Shown in pieces: positions 49,231 to 64,000 of a DNA stretch of 64,000 nucleotides (position 1 is its first letter; each line of letters begins with the position of its first letter). The notes under the pieces are model-generated. The model was not told where the DNA came from, made no database searches, and worked only from the letters and a program-made list of their open reading frames with translations. The position numbers were made by a program, and so were the translations under genes. The DNA is from Podarcis vaucheri (lineage: Eukaryota): assembly GCA_965113315.1 (NCBI GenBank), contig OZ220369.1; one strand, given 5' to 3'.

Positions 49231-52200
49231 ATAGTTTAAAATGTTTTTAAAAAATGAGTGATCAAGCTTCCCAGTTTCTCCTTTAGCATACAAGCTAGAA
49301 TAAATAATAATATCTTTCTCAAATTGTCTTTGCTGCTAGTATCGGAATCTCTGGCACTATATGTGCATCAAATCTCAGCTTTCTAGGTCAAGTGGAAGGA
49401 CCCATACTATTTTGATGCTCCATTGAGAGAATTGATAAATGAGGCTCAACCATCTTGATAAAGATAATTGTTCTCATTATTTGTTACAAAACAAAGAAAC
49501 CCCAAAGCACAAAGATTGGCTTCTAGCTACCCCATGTGGGAGCACGCACATTGTCCCCAAGTTACACAAATACATTTGCAGCTACACTGATTTGATTCGT
49601 GATTTTTGGCCAACTGCAAACCAGGTGTCTGCCTCTGGGATATGATATTTTTTAAAAGAAAGATTGGCTCAATCAAACCAATTAAAATCTAGGCAAAGCA
49701 GAAAATTGCATGTTTTTATCTATTCTGTTGCAGAGCAGGTTCCATCTGCCTGCAGACTTCATTCAGGCGACCTCTGTGTGGGCATTTGTCATATTTTTTT
49801 TAATATACATTGCATCGAGGCAGTGTCCATTTCGACTACATCGAATTGTCTCCATCCCCACCTCCTTTGGATTCAGCCAGGGGTTTTCGAGCCTTATGAA
49901 AACACAGTGATTGTTTGTTGGAACACATCCTGCCACAATTTATTCAGTTGAAAATCCATTTTTCATCTATGACTTGGACAAAAGAAGGCATGTCAAAATG
50001 AACCAAGAAACACATCAACCAGTCATTTTGAAACAATGCAGGATGTATACAAATGGGAGAGAGAGAGAGAGAGCCTGCTCATCTGTATGCCCTGTCCTTT
50101 TTATCCAAGATGTTTGAGAACTGGCTTGGTTTCCCCTTTCTCATTCAATGGGCCCTGTGCCATTTTGCCACCTGAAACAAAATGTGCTCCCTCCATGCTG
50201 GGGCCAACACTCTTAAAAGTCGTGTTGTACTACTCAAACACTAGCTTCTGCCTTCATACTGTATATCCCACTACCACCACAATGCCCTGGGTGCAAAAGG
50301 TGGGACTCTGTTACAATGTTTTAGTTTATCATTAATTTAGTTTGTAACACAGCTTTCTGTATATAGCATCTAAGCAGGACTATTTGAACAGGGGCAGGCA
50401 GGTCAGGAGATATGGAGCAGGTGTACAATACATTGTTTTGTTGCCCTACTATTTTGTTGCAACCTGCCCAGTACAGGATTAGCCAATTGCAATCAGGGCT
50501 GAGTAGGATTTTTTTAAGCATCCCTAATTAGCACCTTGGGATGACTCCTCCCACCTTGCCTGCCTATTCTGCACTGTTCTGGAGGGTATAATTAATTTAG
50601 CTTAATTTGCTGTTACTGGAGAGCATCAAGTTGGCTATCCTTGATCTTGTCTAAAATGGGGAAAAAATAGATGCCTGTAACTATGCAATGGAAAAGCAAA
50701 GTATTGTTTATTTTTTATCCGATTTTTGATGTCACCATGCAAATCCTAAATTAGAAAGTTCCCCTTGCACTTCAGTGATTTTTAAAAATGTTTCTTTATC
50801 TGACAATAGTTGCTGTTGTTAATAGCCAAGAGAATTGCAGGCAAAGTGTAAGAAATAATGCATGGGTTTCTTGCATGTACCAGTTAATCTTATGTCTTGT
50901 GGGGAAAGCAGCGTCTTAACCCTTTTATAACTCAAAGTCTAAGAAGACTGCCACTTAAGTTTGTACTATGTTTTGACTCCACAGTTTCTTTTGGCTGAAA
51001 TCCTATGCATATTTACATAGAAGTATGTCTCACTGAACTCAATGGAGCTTACCCCTGAGTAGACATGTATAACTCATTGCTCTGTCAGTTTACAATGGCC
51101 ATATTCACACCCTCTGCTCTCTTCCCTCATTTTCAAAGACTTTTTTTAAAAAATGCTGTCTACCTTAGCTCTTCTATGCCAGATTTCTGCCTAAAGCAAA
51201 ATTGTAAGGCTGATTTATAAATACATTGATGAATCCAGCTGCAAACGTCTTGTGTAATTTAATATGCAAAAACTAATCTGACTCATGCATGTTGACAGCC
51301 TTCCCTGGGTTACCAGCAAGTCAGTCAGCTTTAAGTTTTGATTTTCCTTCTGCTTTAAAGTCTCCTCTCCTGAAGGAGCAAGACTTATGCCCTGAAGCTA
51401 AATAGGTTTGGCATAGATCTATACACCTTCTATTTCCACTTATCTCCCGAGCTGGCTCTCCAAGTGACTTAGCTCCCTTAAAATAATATGTGTGTTTTCC
51501 CAGAAAGATACATATAAAATTATATCATGGGTAGTTTCTTAGAGCAAAGGGAATCTGTAATATTTCTTATATGTTATGAAGGGATGGGAAAGTAAATTGG
51601 ATAATGTTTCATTGGAAGAAATGTTATCATTCCTTCACAGGGGACAATAGACTGGGTCTCTCCCTTGGAAAGCATTGACATTGCCTTGAAACCAATTGTG
51701 ATGGCACCACCACAATCCTAAAACATTTAGCATTTTTATCCCTGTTAGCTTGGTAAATTCTTCATGTTTAAAGCTAATAATGTGTAGTAGCATGACTAAT
51801 ATGATCCTTTAATTGGATATCTCTCTTCTTTTTGACAGTAGAGAATGAAAATCCTTGAACATCTTATTTAGTTTGTATTAGCAAATATGGAAGTTGCGCA
51901 TAGATATGGTGAGTTTACATGTTGCTGTCATTAAACATTTCCCAGTGCATTCCAGATATATTTAGGTAGGTTGAACAATCTGCTTCCACATGAGCTTGCT
52001 GCAAGAGACAGGGCTTTTTCAGCGGTAGCACCTGACTTTAGAACCACCACCTTAGGAAAGTTGGCCTCGAATCGTAGACAGTGTCACTTAGTCTTGTTTT
52101 CTCAATCTTTCAATGAATAGCAGTTGCTTTTACACCTTTATTGGGTTTTGCTGGACATAAGAAGAGTCTGCTGGACCAGTGGAAGTCTGTTTCCAGAAAC

Positions 52201-54233
52201 AGAAAACATTCCTGTATGAGAAATGGCTCCCAGCTTTCCCTAACTAGACATCTCTAAGCTCACAATTTGCAGGCCTCCCTTCCCCTTTTTACAGCCTGGC
52301 AGAGTATCATGCTTGGTTGAGATTCAGCCTGATCAGCCTTTCTTGAATCAGGTACCTTTGGGCTATGTGACTCCCTGGTATGCCAGTCCTCAAGGAAGAA
52401 GGAAGGAAGAAGTCTTAATCCCAGCTACAGCCATTGCCTATGTATAATCTGTACCTTTGTCAGTGATCTTCCTGTTTCCCAGTTTGATCCCCAGATGGGC
52501 ATGCTTTAACAAGTTATCCCCTTAACTCTCAAACTACATCAGGATTTTTATTATATACATATACATAAACTAGTCCATTATACATAAACTAGTCCATTTC
52601 ATTCACGTCTATATTTTTTAACTGTCTAAAATGCATATTCCAGGCACACCCACCAATCCATGCAGATATTCATACTGAGCATACATAAAAAGCTCATGCT
52701 TCCATCAAGACAGACTGAATGTCTGCAAAGCAAAATCACAGGTGTCTGTGTTCCACAATATTTCTTCCTATATACATTTTCCCATATAGATACAAAAAAC
52801 GTAAGGCTGTCATTCCACTGTCCCCACTGAATGATTTGTAGTACCTCATCACAATCTCAGATTGTGTTTTATATTTCAGTTGATATATATTTTAATTTGC
52901 CATGCAAATTTGCTAAATTGCAACTCACTTCTTGTAATCTGTAGATTTGTTATAGTTTTACTTAGACTTTCTTAATGATCCGGATGGCAGGTGATGTTTC
53001 ACAGTTGCCTATGCAGTGATGGCTGCCATCTTCCTAGTTGGAAGCAATCTATTCACGTCTCTTGATTAAAATGTTTGGCTCCAGGTGACTTGTCCTCTGT
53101 CAGGAATGCAAACCAGACTTGTTTATTTCTGTTCTTTCTGACCTTCTTGGCATCATGATACGTGTGGGAGTAAACAAATAGTAAAATCCAACTTTGGTAA
53201 AGAAAGTCAGCAGAATTTTGACTCTTCGGTACATAAACAGCTTTGTTGAGTGAGACTGTACAGCTGTACAATGTTGCACTTGTGGTAGAATTGCACTTCA
53301 GAGTCCACCAAATAACAACTTTCCATGGAGTATTTTAAATCAACTTGACTTCAGGAAGTACATGAAGTAAACAATACACCTGCCTCAGGTTTTTCTCTCT
53401 TTTATTGCAGAAAAGTGAATATGGAAAAAGTGCAAGAGGAAAAACTGAGCTGCTCAGGAAATATCAGACTCCCATTGCTTTCAACAGAACATGCAGAGGA
53501 GAATTCCCTCATAGATTGTGTCCCAAATCAGATGTGTGACAGATTTGGAAGTAGCCTACCATGTGATGCAGCTCTTTCAGGGCTTTGTTACTTACTGCAA
53601 GAAAGGGAAATCACATATCTGAGTGCTTTCTGAATTTCTAAAAATTCCCTACACTTGCTTAAACTGAAATATATTGTAATATTATTTATCCTCTGTTAAT
53701 CACTGTAGAAATATAGTGTGCTGCCTTATATCAGGGCAGACCACTGGTTCATATAACTCAGTGTTGTCTACTCTGAATGGCAGCACCTTTGTACAGTTTC
53801 AAGCAGTTGACAATCCCAGCCCTACTTTGAGATGCTGAGAATGGAACCTAGGACTGTTTGCACACAAGGCAGATGCTGTACCACTGAGCTATATAGTCTT
53901 TCCTGTAAAATAAGTATGTACATGTGTAACAATGCATTTAAAAAAGTAAAGAAAATCAGAAACTCATTAAACTTTGAAACAGAGAAGAGAAAGGGATAAC
54001 AGACTCATGTTCTTAAGAAAGAAGCTGAAGAAGGCAGAAGCTGAAATGTTTTGCTTCAGCACTTTTGTCTATCTACCTGCATATCTTCCTGATTCCCATT
54101 TGCAGTCTGAAGTACTGCAGGCCAGTAACCTTATGACCATTTATCAGATATGCTTTTGTAGACTAGGAACACACAAATCAACAAAAATCCTAATGATTCG
54201 TATAGTTCCATTTCTAAATCCTACTGAAATCAA

Positions 54234-54681
54234 TGTTGGAATTCCGGCTCCGTGACTGCAGTCATGGGTTCTTTGTCTTTCACATGACGGTATATGTTTT
54301 GACTCCACAGAGTGGGAAGTGACAGGGGCAGGATGTTTGTGTTACTGTGTTCCATGAAGTGGGACTATTGTCCTTTGTTCTTTTTCTCTGTGGTGTCTGA
54401 TGCTAGAGAGAGAGGGAGCCATGTTGCAGTGCTCCGTGTGTGTTTATATGTAAATAAAGTAGATTAGCCAAAATGCTGAGTTGCTGAGGTCTGTCATGCA
54501 AACTGTGAACACTCTGCGGATCCCTAAAGTGTGCCGATGTCTGTTGGCATCGGTCACTGTGATGTTCGGGCTGAAGAAAGCTTTTGAAGCTCCTGAACAA
54601 TTGACCAGGAGGGAGAGAACATGCCAGTTGGGCATGTGTCTCTGCCAGGGTCCTACTAGAGTGTAGGACGAGCTCCTGACA
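54234..54681 (+). mobile_element. Solo LTR, 448 bp
   Basis: TGTTGG...CCTGACA; 5-bp TSD atcaa (54229-54233 / 54682-54686); internal AATAAA at ~54453. Confidence 0.85.
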
Positions 54682-55729
54682 ATCAACACCACTGATTTCA
54701 GCAGGATTTAGAGATTGATGAATTTGCACTTGGTCTCTCATCACTTCATTACTTGTTGAATCATAACTGAACTACTGTCTTGCAAAAGTTAGAAAAGTCA
54801 GGATATTAAAAGATACCTTCATTTTGGTTTGCCTAATTTGGAGTGGGAAAAATGCACGCTAGGTAGATTTTGAATTTTCTCCACAATAACTATCTATCCA
54901 GGGAGGGGGAATCAGAAACAAGATTTTGTCACTCTGAAAAACATAGTGTAAGAAATCACATTCAAACTTTCATGTCTACCCTTTTCCTGTGAAAATGAAA
55001 ATGAAAAATTGTTCCGACAGGGACAACGCTACAATCTCTTCAAGGCTTGCTCTCCATCACTTATGTTTTGCCAGACTTGTCAGTATAAACATGAATGTGT
55101 CTGACATTAATGGGACATTGTTCCATGTGAAAAGAATCTCTGCATGCGAAAGAGATGGCTTCCTGAGTTCAAAAGAAAGTGAAAAGCTGAAGAAAGTGAT
55201 GATGGTGGGAGAGATATCGAGAATAACTGTTCTTGAGACTGTTAGATATTTCCTGCCATTTGCCACAAAATTTCACTGAACTGCATAATTCAAATACTTC
55301 ACTAGTTAACAAGGAGGAACCTTTTATGAACCTGAAATTCTCCTCCTAGAATCAGAACTTGCATGACCTCCATTCGACCACTCCAGTCTGGGGAATTAGT
55401 ACTGTTGCAGATGCCACATAATATTTATTCTGCACTTGCAAGAAATCAATCTTTTAGTGTGGCAGCACCTATACTTTGGAACTCTCTGCTTATTGACACC
55501 TAGCAGCAGCCATTACTGTACACCTTTTGGCATCTGCTTAAAACTGTTTTGTTTAGGGAAGCCTAACAGACATGTAGAATGCTGATATGTGTTTTAACCT
55601 TTTTGCTTACTGCTGCTTTTAATTATTTCTTAATAATTTTTAAATATTTGTTTTTACCTGAGCTTTATGGATAATTTAAATATTTTAAATACTTTTAAAA
55701 AATATATATTAAAAAAAACCAATTATAAT

Positions 55730-55960
55730 CAAGTGGCTATCCAAACTCTGTTTAAAAGCCTCCAACGAAAGAGAGACCACCACCTTCTGAGGTAGCCCAT
55801 TCAATTGTCACACAGATCTTAATGTCATAAAGTTCCTCCTAATGTTTAGTTGGAATATCAATTCATGTGATTTGAATCCATTGGTTCGGTTCCATCTCCC
55901 ATGTGGCAGTTAGATATATGAAGATGGCCATCGTATCACCTCATGCTTTTAACTTATCCT
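55730..55960 (-). mobile_element. Old CR1 fragment
   Basis: Similar to 16575-16830 (ctctgtttaaaagcctcca...aagttcctcctaatgtttagttggaat); another fragment at ~61640-61890. Confidence 0.6.
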
Positions 55961-58900
55961 GGAAACCAGCAATAAAGAAGCTAGATGTGTCTTAATTTGA
56001 TATGCTACCAAATCCAAACTATTATTATGCCAGTGATGCAAAACTTGGCCAGCTGCTGGTACCCATTATGCTTAGATTCAATTTCAATCAAGAAACTGAA
56101 CCTGCATTTTCTGTCCCAAATGCAGCAGGCCAGTTCTGGTCTTCCCATTTCTTCTCTTTGATCTATTTCTTCCTAGTTGAAGCCTTATACGCTTCCTCCC
56201 CAAGTGCAAAGTATGAGGCATTCTGTCTTATGACTAATCTTTTGGTTGGAGGCCAGGGTTGTGCGAGTCATAAGTAATAGCCCCCATTAATCTGCTTTGA
56301 CAACTAACTACAGCAGTCAATCATGTTTTCCATCTGCCCATCTGGAATAGTCTGTGTCAACTCATGGTTCACCTTCAGAGATGAGTCTGGATATTATTAC
56401 AAATTACCACAATAGTCTAGTCCCATTGTTTTAGCTCCCTGCCATCTTCAGTCTCAGTTTCTCTGGCACATAAAAATTATTTGTCAGACAGCAGGGTAGA
56501 CACTCATCAATAGCTTTTTGAGGTGGATGGAATTAAGTTTTACTTAGAGTAGAATCACTTAATCTAATGAACATTACTCATTTAAGTCCATCAATGTCAA
56601 TGAACCTACTATGAGTAAAACTAGTTGAATACCACCCTGTGCAACAGGATAAACCAGGTGCATAGATGATGAAATCTAGCATAGAAATGTAACACAATAA
56701 CAGATGGCACAATTTTGTTCTTGTCTATTCAGAAGTAAGGCCCACTGAGTTCAAATGGACTCATTCCACAATGGTGTGTATAAGGTAGCACATTAAGACT
56801 TTAGTCTTATGCACACTTACTTGGAATTATAGGATTTGCTCTGTAAGAAATTCATTTTGATATCGCACATCTAACAGATATTTGGAGCATGATTCCGTGC
56901 ATGTCTACTCAGAAGCAAGCACCATGGAGTTCCATGGGACTTATTCTCATTGGAGAATTCCTGACGGTGCAGTGCTGCAGCACATGCTCTGCAGGCAAAC
57001 AGTTCGAGTTTTAATCCCCAGCATCTCCAGGTACGGCTGGGAAAGAGTCTTATCTGAAACCCCAGTGAGCTGCTCCCAGTTCTTGGAGATGAAACTTTCA
57101 GATACCTGTGTGTATAGAACTGCAACTATCAGCCTGGATACTTAAACACCATTTCATGTGAAACAATGTTTTGCCCAGTAACTGCTAATTTTTTGCTGTA
57201 ATCCTAAACCCATTAACCACAGAGAAAGCTTCATTGAATTAAATGGGACTTAGTTTTGAGAACCTGGTTAGAATTGCACTGTGGCTCCCCCCCCCAAAAA
57301 AAAAAACAACTTCAGAGCTTTTAGTTTACAAGAAAGTTATATATGTGTCTTTTTTGTTTTTATACTTTCTATCTGACCTCTGCAGCATTGCTAATTTTTG
57401 AATTATGGCCCTATGTTGTTTATAATTGTTACATCAACCAGCAAGTGTCCAGGAAATATGCAAATAAATAAAATTGGCAACTTGATTTAAATGGACGATT
57501 TGAACTAGCTTTTGGTAGCTTATGTCAGCTTGCTTTATCCACTCTTCTGGATTCAGAATACTGAGAAATAAGTTAAAAGAAATAAGCAATTGAAACTTTA
57601 TGTGTTTTTAATTGTTTTTAAGTTTTACATTTTTGTATGTTTGTTATATTTTTTCTTTTTTTGTGGTTGTTTATTTTTGTTGTTGTTTCATTATAGAAAA
57701 TGCTAATAAATATATATTAAAAAACAAACAAACAGAATACTGAGTAGCTGTTCCACAGCACATGCTTGGAGGGGAAGTACTCAATGAAGTGTGCTCCATG
57801 AACTTTTAAAGTGGACAAATGATTTCAGTGTAAGGCTGAAGTCCAATACGCATTTACTGGAGGTACTCTTAAGTAACTCAGCAGGACTTCCTTCTTATTA
57901 TTCATAAATAAGATCATACTGTTAGGTTGAAAACTTCAGTTGCTTTACTGGGAGGGATGGCAAAGTGGACTTAAAGACAACACCATGGTTGCAGGACCAG
58001 AAAACCCCACAATTGGTTCCATCCCATTTCTGACACAACCTCCAAGGTTTGTTGCCTCGATGCCTTGTCCATTAGATGCTGATCAGGATTAGGACTTCCT
58101 GCTACTGTCCTGCACAGTTCTCTTGTCAAATCTTGTCAGTAGCCAACTGATGTAGCCTTTGGATTCAACAAATAATATAAGCATAAAACTGTGAAACATA
58201 TAGATCTAAAGAAAAATCACTGTAAAAGCAAACCGGTATATCAAATGACGAAGACTGATTGTTTGTTTCTTTGTAGCTACATGCAGAACTAGGCACTAAT
58301 TCATAGAATAGCAACCTGCTCCCTTATTATTTATAGTTGTTAGACCATTTAAGGATTTCAGTCTTGAAGCAGATAAATAGCTTTAATATGGTGTCTTTTG
58401 CTCTTGTTGTCACTCATAAGACTAATAAGAAAAGTGACTTAAACAATGGAATGCCCCTCTTACCTTTCAACATCTGGTCATCAATGTGCAAAGTTAAGAA
58501 TAAGTGACATTGTTAGTGAATCAGACTTTGAATGTTTCAACATTATTAAAATGTTGCATCAATATTCATGCAGTATCAATCTGGAACCATTTTGCCTTAT
58601 GGCTTGGTTTTCTTTAAAATATATAGGCGTTTAGAGCCTATTGCAATGGCCTTTTCCTTTAACAAAAAGGGGGGGTGTTGGTAACACTGAATAGTTATCA
58701 GATATTAAAAAATAACCACAAGAAATGCTCTTAAGATATATTACCATTTTGAATTTTAACCTTGAGCACATCCACCCAATAGTTAGTGAACCTTGCTATA
58801 AATCTCACTACTCAACACTGAAAAATCTCCCTTCCTCCTCACCACCAAAACCCCCACCCCACATTACCAAATTTACTATATTTAGAAATCTGTAGCAAAG

Positions 58901-60727
58901 TACAGATCTGGATATATTTCTATTGATGGACAAAGGTTGTGGTTCAGCAGCAGAGCACATGCTTTCCAAGCACCAGGTCCCAGATTCAATTCCTGGTACC
59001 TCCAGGTAGGACAGTGACTCCTGCCTGATACCCTGGAGATCCATTGTCAGTCACTGCCCCAGTTTCCTATGTTCCTATCTTTAAGGCGGTTCCCTATGTA
59101 ATATAAGAATTACTTTCTTTTAAAAGGGAAAAGAAGTAGACAGAAACAAACAGTACAACCAACTGAAAATTTTGCAGTGCAGCTCAAAATGAATAGCCCA
59201 TATATTTACCATGTGGCTGTCCTGAGCACAATAAAACAGCTGAAAGCTTGAGGAATGACTGCCACATTTCCCTGTTCTAGGGAGAGCAATAAACATTATT
59301 GAGTACAACTGAGAGGGAAACAGTAAAACCAAATGCAGATTTCTAGCCCATAGCCTGCTGACCACATTGTCCTTCCCAAGGTGAGTAGCAGAGTAGAAGG
59401 AAAATCTGTTCCTGAAGCATCTTCTTCCATTGCATGTGCATTTCTTTGTGTCAGGATGCACACGTGTACATGTAAAACAGCATAGCAGACTCAAGCTTCA
59501 TGGGGTGCAGAAGAACATGAGGTTGGGTTTTAAGCACATACACACTCATCCCTCCATGGTGTGGAGCCATTTTCAATTATCTGCTGACCACACCCTAATA
59601 TCAGAACATTCAGTTGAATGCATACAGCTTATGAACATAGATACTTCCAGTCTAGGCTGGTCCATTAGAGCAGGCGAGGCTCTGCCTTCAGCCATTCCCA
59701 CCTCCTTATCTCCTTATTTCCATCCAGCCTAGGGTGTGGCACTAGCTGTCAGCCTCCTCCTCCTTAGTCTTAGTATTGCTTTTGTGGAATTCAAACTGGA
59801 GGAGGATGGCGGCAAAAGCAGAGTTCATTGGCTCCACTTATCATTGACTGTAGGTCTGCCAGGTATTTGCTCCACTCCACCTACTGTTGGACTCCCTGTC
59901 TTATGCCCTACCAGGCCTAATGAGCACAAGACTCCACTAGGTACTTCCATGTGACAACATGTTAGAGGTCCCTTTCATGTATTCATCTGACGTGTCAGGG
60001 GTGTGGTCAGAGGGTCACACCAATGTTAGTGTTCCTCCCCTCTCTCATATGTTCAGTAAACCTGTGATTGTGAGGAGGTTTTCTGTGAAGGGCTTTGTAC
60101 AACAGGCAAAGTGTGTGGCAAACTATTCCATATACCAGGAGGCAGAAAGGTCAGAGATTTGGAGTTCTTAGTTCATTGACCTGTTCCCTGCTTGTCTGGT
60201 CCATTTCCATCTTTATTGCTTGGACAAGATTTAGTTTTGGCAATGCATAGTTTTTGCTGTAAATCTGTGCTATGTTCTTGCATTTATAATGTTCAGCTGT
60301 CAATGGATTGTTTAATTCTTTTGTATATTTATCAATGTGACATCATTGGGGATGTCACTAATGTGACTATTATTAGTTTATTATTTATATGACTATTTAC
60401 ATTTTTAATGTCTTATTAGTGTTAGTGAACTATGTATTTTGATATTTTGATGTTGGGAACTGGCTTGAACATAGTTTACTCTGAAAAGGTGGCATACAGA
60501 TAAGCAATGATGATGCTATTTGGGTGAGCCTTGAAGGGATGGGAGTGCATGGAGATTTGCAGTGGCAGCTATTAATGTTAGTCTGAAAGTCAGACAATCC
60601 ACAAATTCAACCAAATGCTGGGATCTGAGAGTCTTCCTCATCCCCCTTCTCAACCTCCCTCCTTCCCCAAGGGACTCAGAGACACATACACATACATAAC
60701 ATAAAGGAAAAGAAAATTCAAAACAAA

Positions 60728-60920
60728 GTTGCTTGGCATCCATCTGTCTCAGGAGACAATGGAGTAGTGTGCCTTTGGGTGTAAAGACAAACCATTGGAG
60801 AATTATGTCTGCTGTGACTGTAGAGGCTAAAACAGGAGAGACATGTTTTGTTGCAGCTGGGGCACATGAAGGCATCTGGTTGTGCTGATGCAAGTGTACC
60901 ATGGCATTTCTTCTTTCTGT
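60728..60920 (-). mobile_element. RTE-clade LINE 3' end
   Basis: Reverse complement resembles 3290-3450 (MPSCAPAATKHVSPVLAS vs MPSSSPAAMKSISPILVS in the equivalent frame). Confidence 0.65.
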
Positions 60921-63810
60921 GCTCCTCTCAGCAGTGATAAAAATTAAAACAAAAACCTTCAAACAAAAATATCAGAGCTAAAACCCTTCAACTATATATA
61001 TAGCCACATAGAATAAAGAATGTTTTTGCCGCTTGCCTAAATGCCATCAGAGGAGTTTGAAAATCATCATATGAATGGGGGAGATATATATGCTTGTGAA
61101 GTACAAGTGACATTTCCTGATGTGTATAATTATTTAGAGCTGTGTACACACTGAAACATACACAAAGGGATTAATTTGTGTATATCACAGGTGTGTAACA
61201 TTTACCAGATTTGGAGGCTACTACTGAATTTCACGTGCAGATTTAGATGGCAGACCCATTTTCATTTCATCTGTCATATTTTATATTACAGCACTCCGAA
61301 ATTCTAGATTTACAACTCAAGGCATTGACTGTTGAATTATAGGTGGCAAAATAAAGGTAGCTTTCTTTTACAAATGATGATTTAAGGAACACTTTGAAGC
61401 ACCATTGAGCTTGATTGCTGACAGTATATCTTATTAATGAAATTCCACAAGCTGCCACACTAATTATAACTTTTTCATAGACTGAATATGACCATCCAGA
61501 ATCATTTCCTGTTGCTTAATCTACATGAATCACAATTAGAGCAGCAACAAGTCTTCCATGAGGGGGTGCAGAGAAGTTAGGATATCTAGAAATGGCTAGC
61601 TAAGAACTTGAAGCCCAGGGGAGCAGCCATTTTGAGAATATAGAACTATAGAGGTAATGTCCTTTATCTGCAACCAGAATGCAACCACAGAACCACTGAG
61701 TGATGGCTATCTCATCTCTATTTTAATACTTCCAGCGAAGGAGAGCTGACCATCTCCCAAGGCAATCTGTTCCACAGCTCATTCTGTTAGACTCTCCTAG
61801 TGTTAAGCCAAAATCTGCTTCACGGTGATTTCCATCTATTGATTTTTATCCTACCCTGCAGAGCCAAAGAAAACAGGCCTGCTCTGTGTTCCATCAAAAC
61901 CTCCCCCCCCCCGCAAAACACCCTCTGAAATTTCTTGTACATTTTACCCAACACTGATTCTCCAGATTCTGCCCTAGAATTTTATCATTGGTGAAACAGA
62001 TTTCAGCATTGTTGCATAAGTGAAAAGCAGTATGGTGCTACAGTCCCAGTAGTCAAATGCAGCCCTCCACATCTCTGTCTCTGAGACTACCTAAGCCACA
62101 CCTCTTTCTGTGGCCAAACATCCCTCTTCTCAGGCCTTATTGCTCACTGGCCTGCTCCATATCCTCTCCAAGTTCTTTTGCCTCTTGTTTGCCTGAAAGT
62201 AGAATAGAAGTCTGCCTGCCTATCTCTCAGACTCTGAGTTTTCAACTATAGCCTACTGCACAATGGTAAGAGTTACAGCTGTTGCTCCACCTAAATTTGC
62301 CTCTATCCTCACCCACCATTAGTACATGGCCCCCAGAAGGTTGCCCAGGAGGGAATATGGCCCTCTAGAACATGAACCTCCTAAAATGTGATCCTTCTTC
62401 TTTAGAACAGCATTTCTTAAGTCTTTGTGGAGTTTAAATTCAATTACAGCACGCAGATCTTTGTGATTATGGCAGTGTTCTGTCATTAAGATAATAGCAG
62501 AATGGCACACCATTGTTGAGACTACTGAAATGACACCAAATTGTCTCACTTTGAAATCTGATCAATTGTCCTGTGCTTCCTGTACAATGATAGCACCCAA
62601 CAACCCAGTTTGTTTTGATTATCATGCTTAAGGCAATTAACAGGAGATAATGAACCTGTCACAGACAAATATGCAAACAATTGAATATGTTGTGAAGCAA
62701 TGAGAATGAGGAACATACTGGCTGGAATCTAGAATATGCATGCAGTGTTATTATTGTAATGTGAACCCCCAGGTCTCAACTTTATAAGTAGTGGTGTACC
62801 ACTTCATGTGTATGGACTGTACCACTTTAGACTGTAGGTTGGGATTGGCATGTTCCTGCAAACAAAATCATTGCTTGCACTTGAAGAACTTGGTGCTGCA
62901 AGTTGATGCCACAACTAATTAAGCCCTGGCCACTTCTTGACTTTAAGCCCACAACCACTCAAACACATGAATGAGGTTCTAATCTAATTCTGAAGTATCC
63001 CAAGCTCGAGAACAAGAATGTAGTGCCTCTGGTGCTTCAGATTTTGTTGGATCCCAACTCCTACAAGCCCCAACCAGCATGAACAATGGTCAGGGGTGAC
63101 TGGAGTCAGAGTTCAGCAGCATTGGGGATTGGCACAGCTTTCCTGTACTTCTTGAAGTGGGTGCCTCTATTGTAGTGGCTTTGCTGTACTCCACATGCAA
63201 TGCCTTCCCTGAGACTGAAGTGAATCTCAATTTCACGTGAAACACTCTTTATTGTCCCACATGCAGCTTTGAGTTCCAGTGCTCATCCCTAACTCCCCAC
63301 GCCCCAATGAATCTCATGCTCTGCTAATGCAGTTCCCCAAATGCATTTAAAAGAGAGAGAAAATCAATCTCAATATCACATTGTCGTCCTTAAGGTCAGA
63401 GTAAATTTCACTAGAAAGTTTACACCATCTGTGTGGAAGGGAGTGGAAGACACCATCAATAATGCAACCATGAGAGAGAGAGAGAGAGTTGAAGCAATTT
63501 CTGCTCTGAAAGATGCTTCTTCTCTTCCCTTTGATTGGTTATTATTTGATCTCTTCTATAATAAACAGTTTCCTGTTACTGCATTTCCCAGAAACATTGA
63601 GTCATCCCTTCTATAGCATCTGCAAATGGAAAAAGATGAATTGCTCTTTGCTATCCCCTACCTTTGCCACACAAAAACTCTCACGTACACATCAAGCAGG
63701 CATTATCCAGAGAGCATTTTAATAATGGGCTTTCTTCTCCTGTAAACATGTTCTAAAACCTTATTGATCTGCATCCCACTGCTATATCCCCCCCCCAGTG
63801 ATCAAGCCCA

Positions 63811-63865
<55 letters not shown>

Positions 63866-63884
63866 AGAGAGAGAGAGAGAGAGA
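63811..63884. repeat. Compound microsatellite (TC)12(AC)14(GA)11
   Basis: Visible directly. Confidence 0.95.
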
Positions 63885-64000
63885 AGGGGGAAGGAGCTAA
63901 CACATTAATTCAAAGAGGACTCTGTGGTTTGTGCCCTGATACTATGTTTCAGTCCTCAAAGCAGCTGTGTGGTAGAATCTGTTCTACTGGCTGTGTAACA

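Overview
Vertebrate non-coding DNA rich in transposable elements, most likely from a squamate (probably lacertid) lizard. This is inferred from the co-occurrence of BovB, CR1 with a (GATTCTAT)n tail, L2, Squam3-like SINEs and Penelope remnants. I found no recognisable host protein-coding exon, so the window looks like a large intron or gene desert, with several TE-free AT-rich blocks that may be conserved enhancers. The main feature is a 4.1-kb class II (beta-like) endogenous provirus at 8490-12598. It has two apparently identical 355-bp LTRs, a 6-bp TSD (GCCATC), a PBS matching elongator tRNA-Met, and an open but internally deleted 351-aa Gag (MA-late-CA C-terminal part, no NC). Pol survives only as fragments, and env is a decayed gamma-type (ISD + CX6CC) remnant. 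The element therefore looks like a young, non-autonomous, trans-mobilised chimeric retroelement. Also present: two clean solo LTRs, a near-intact 5'-truncated CR1, a BovB with TSD, L2 and RTE fragments, many hAT and Tc1/mariner MITEs with nested insertions, a perfect 168-bp Penelope-derived palindrome carrying minimal hammerhead-ribozyme cores, and a 144-N assembly gap. Family names and tRNA matches come from recalled consensus motifs, not database searches.
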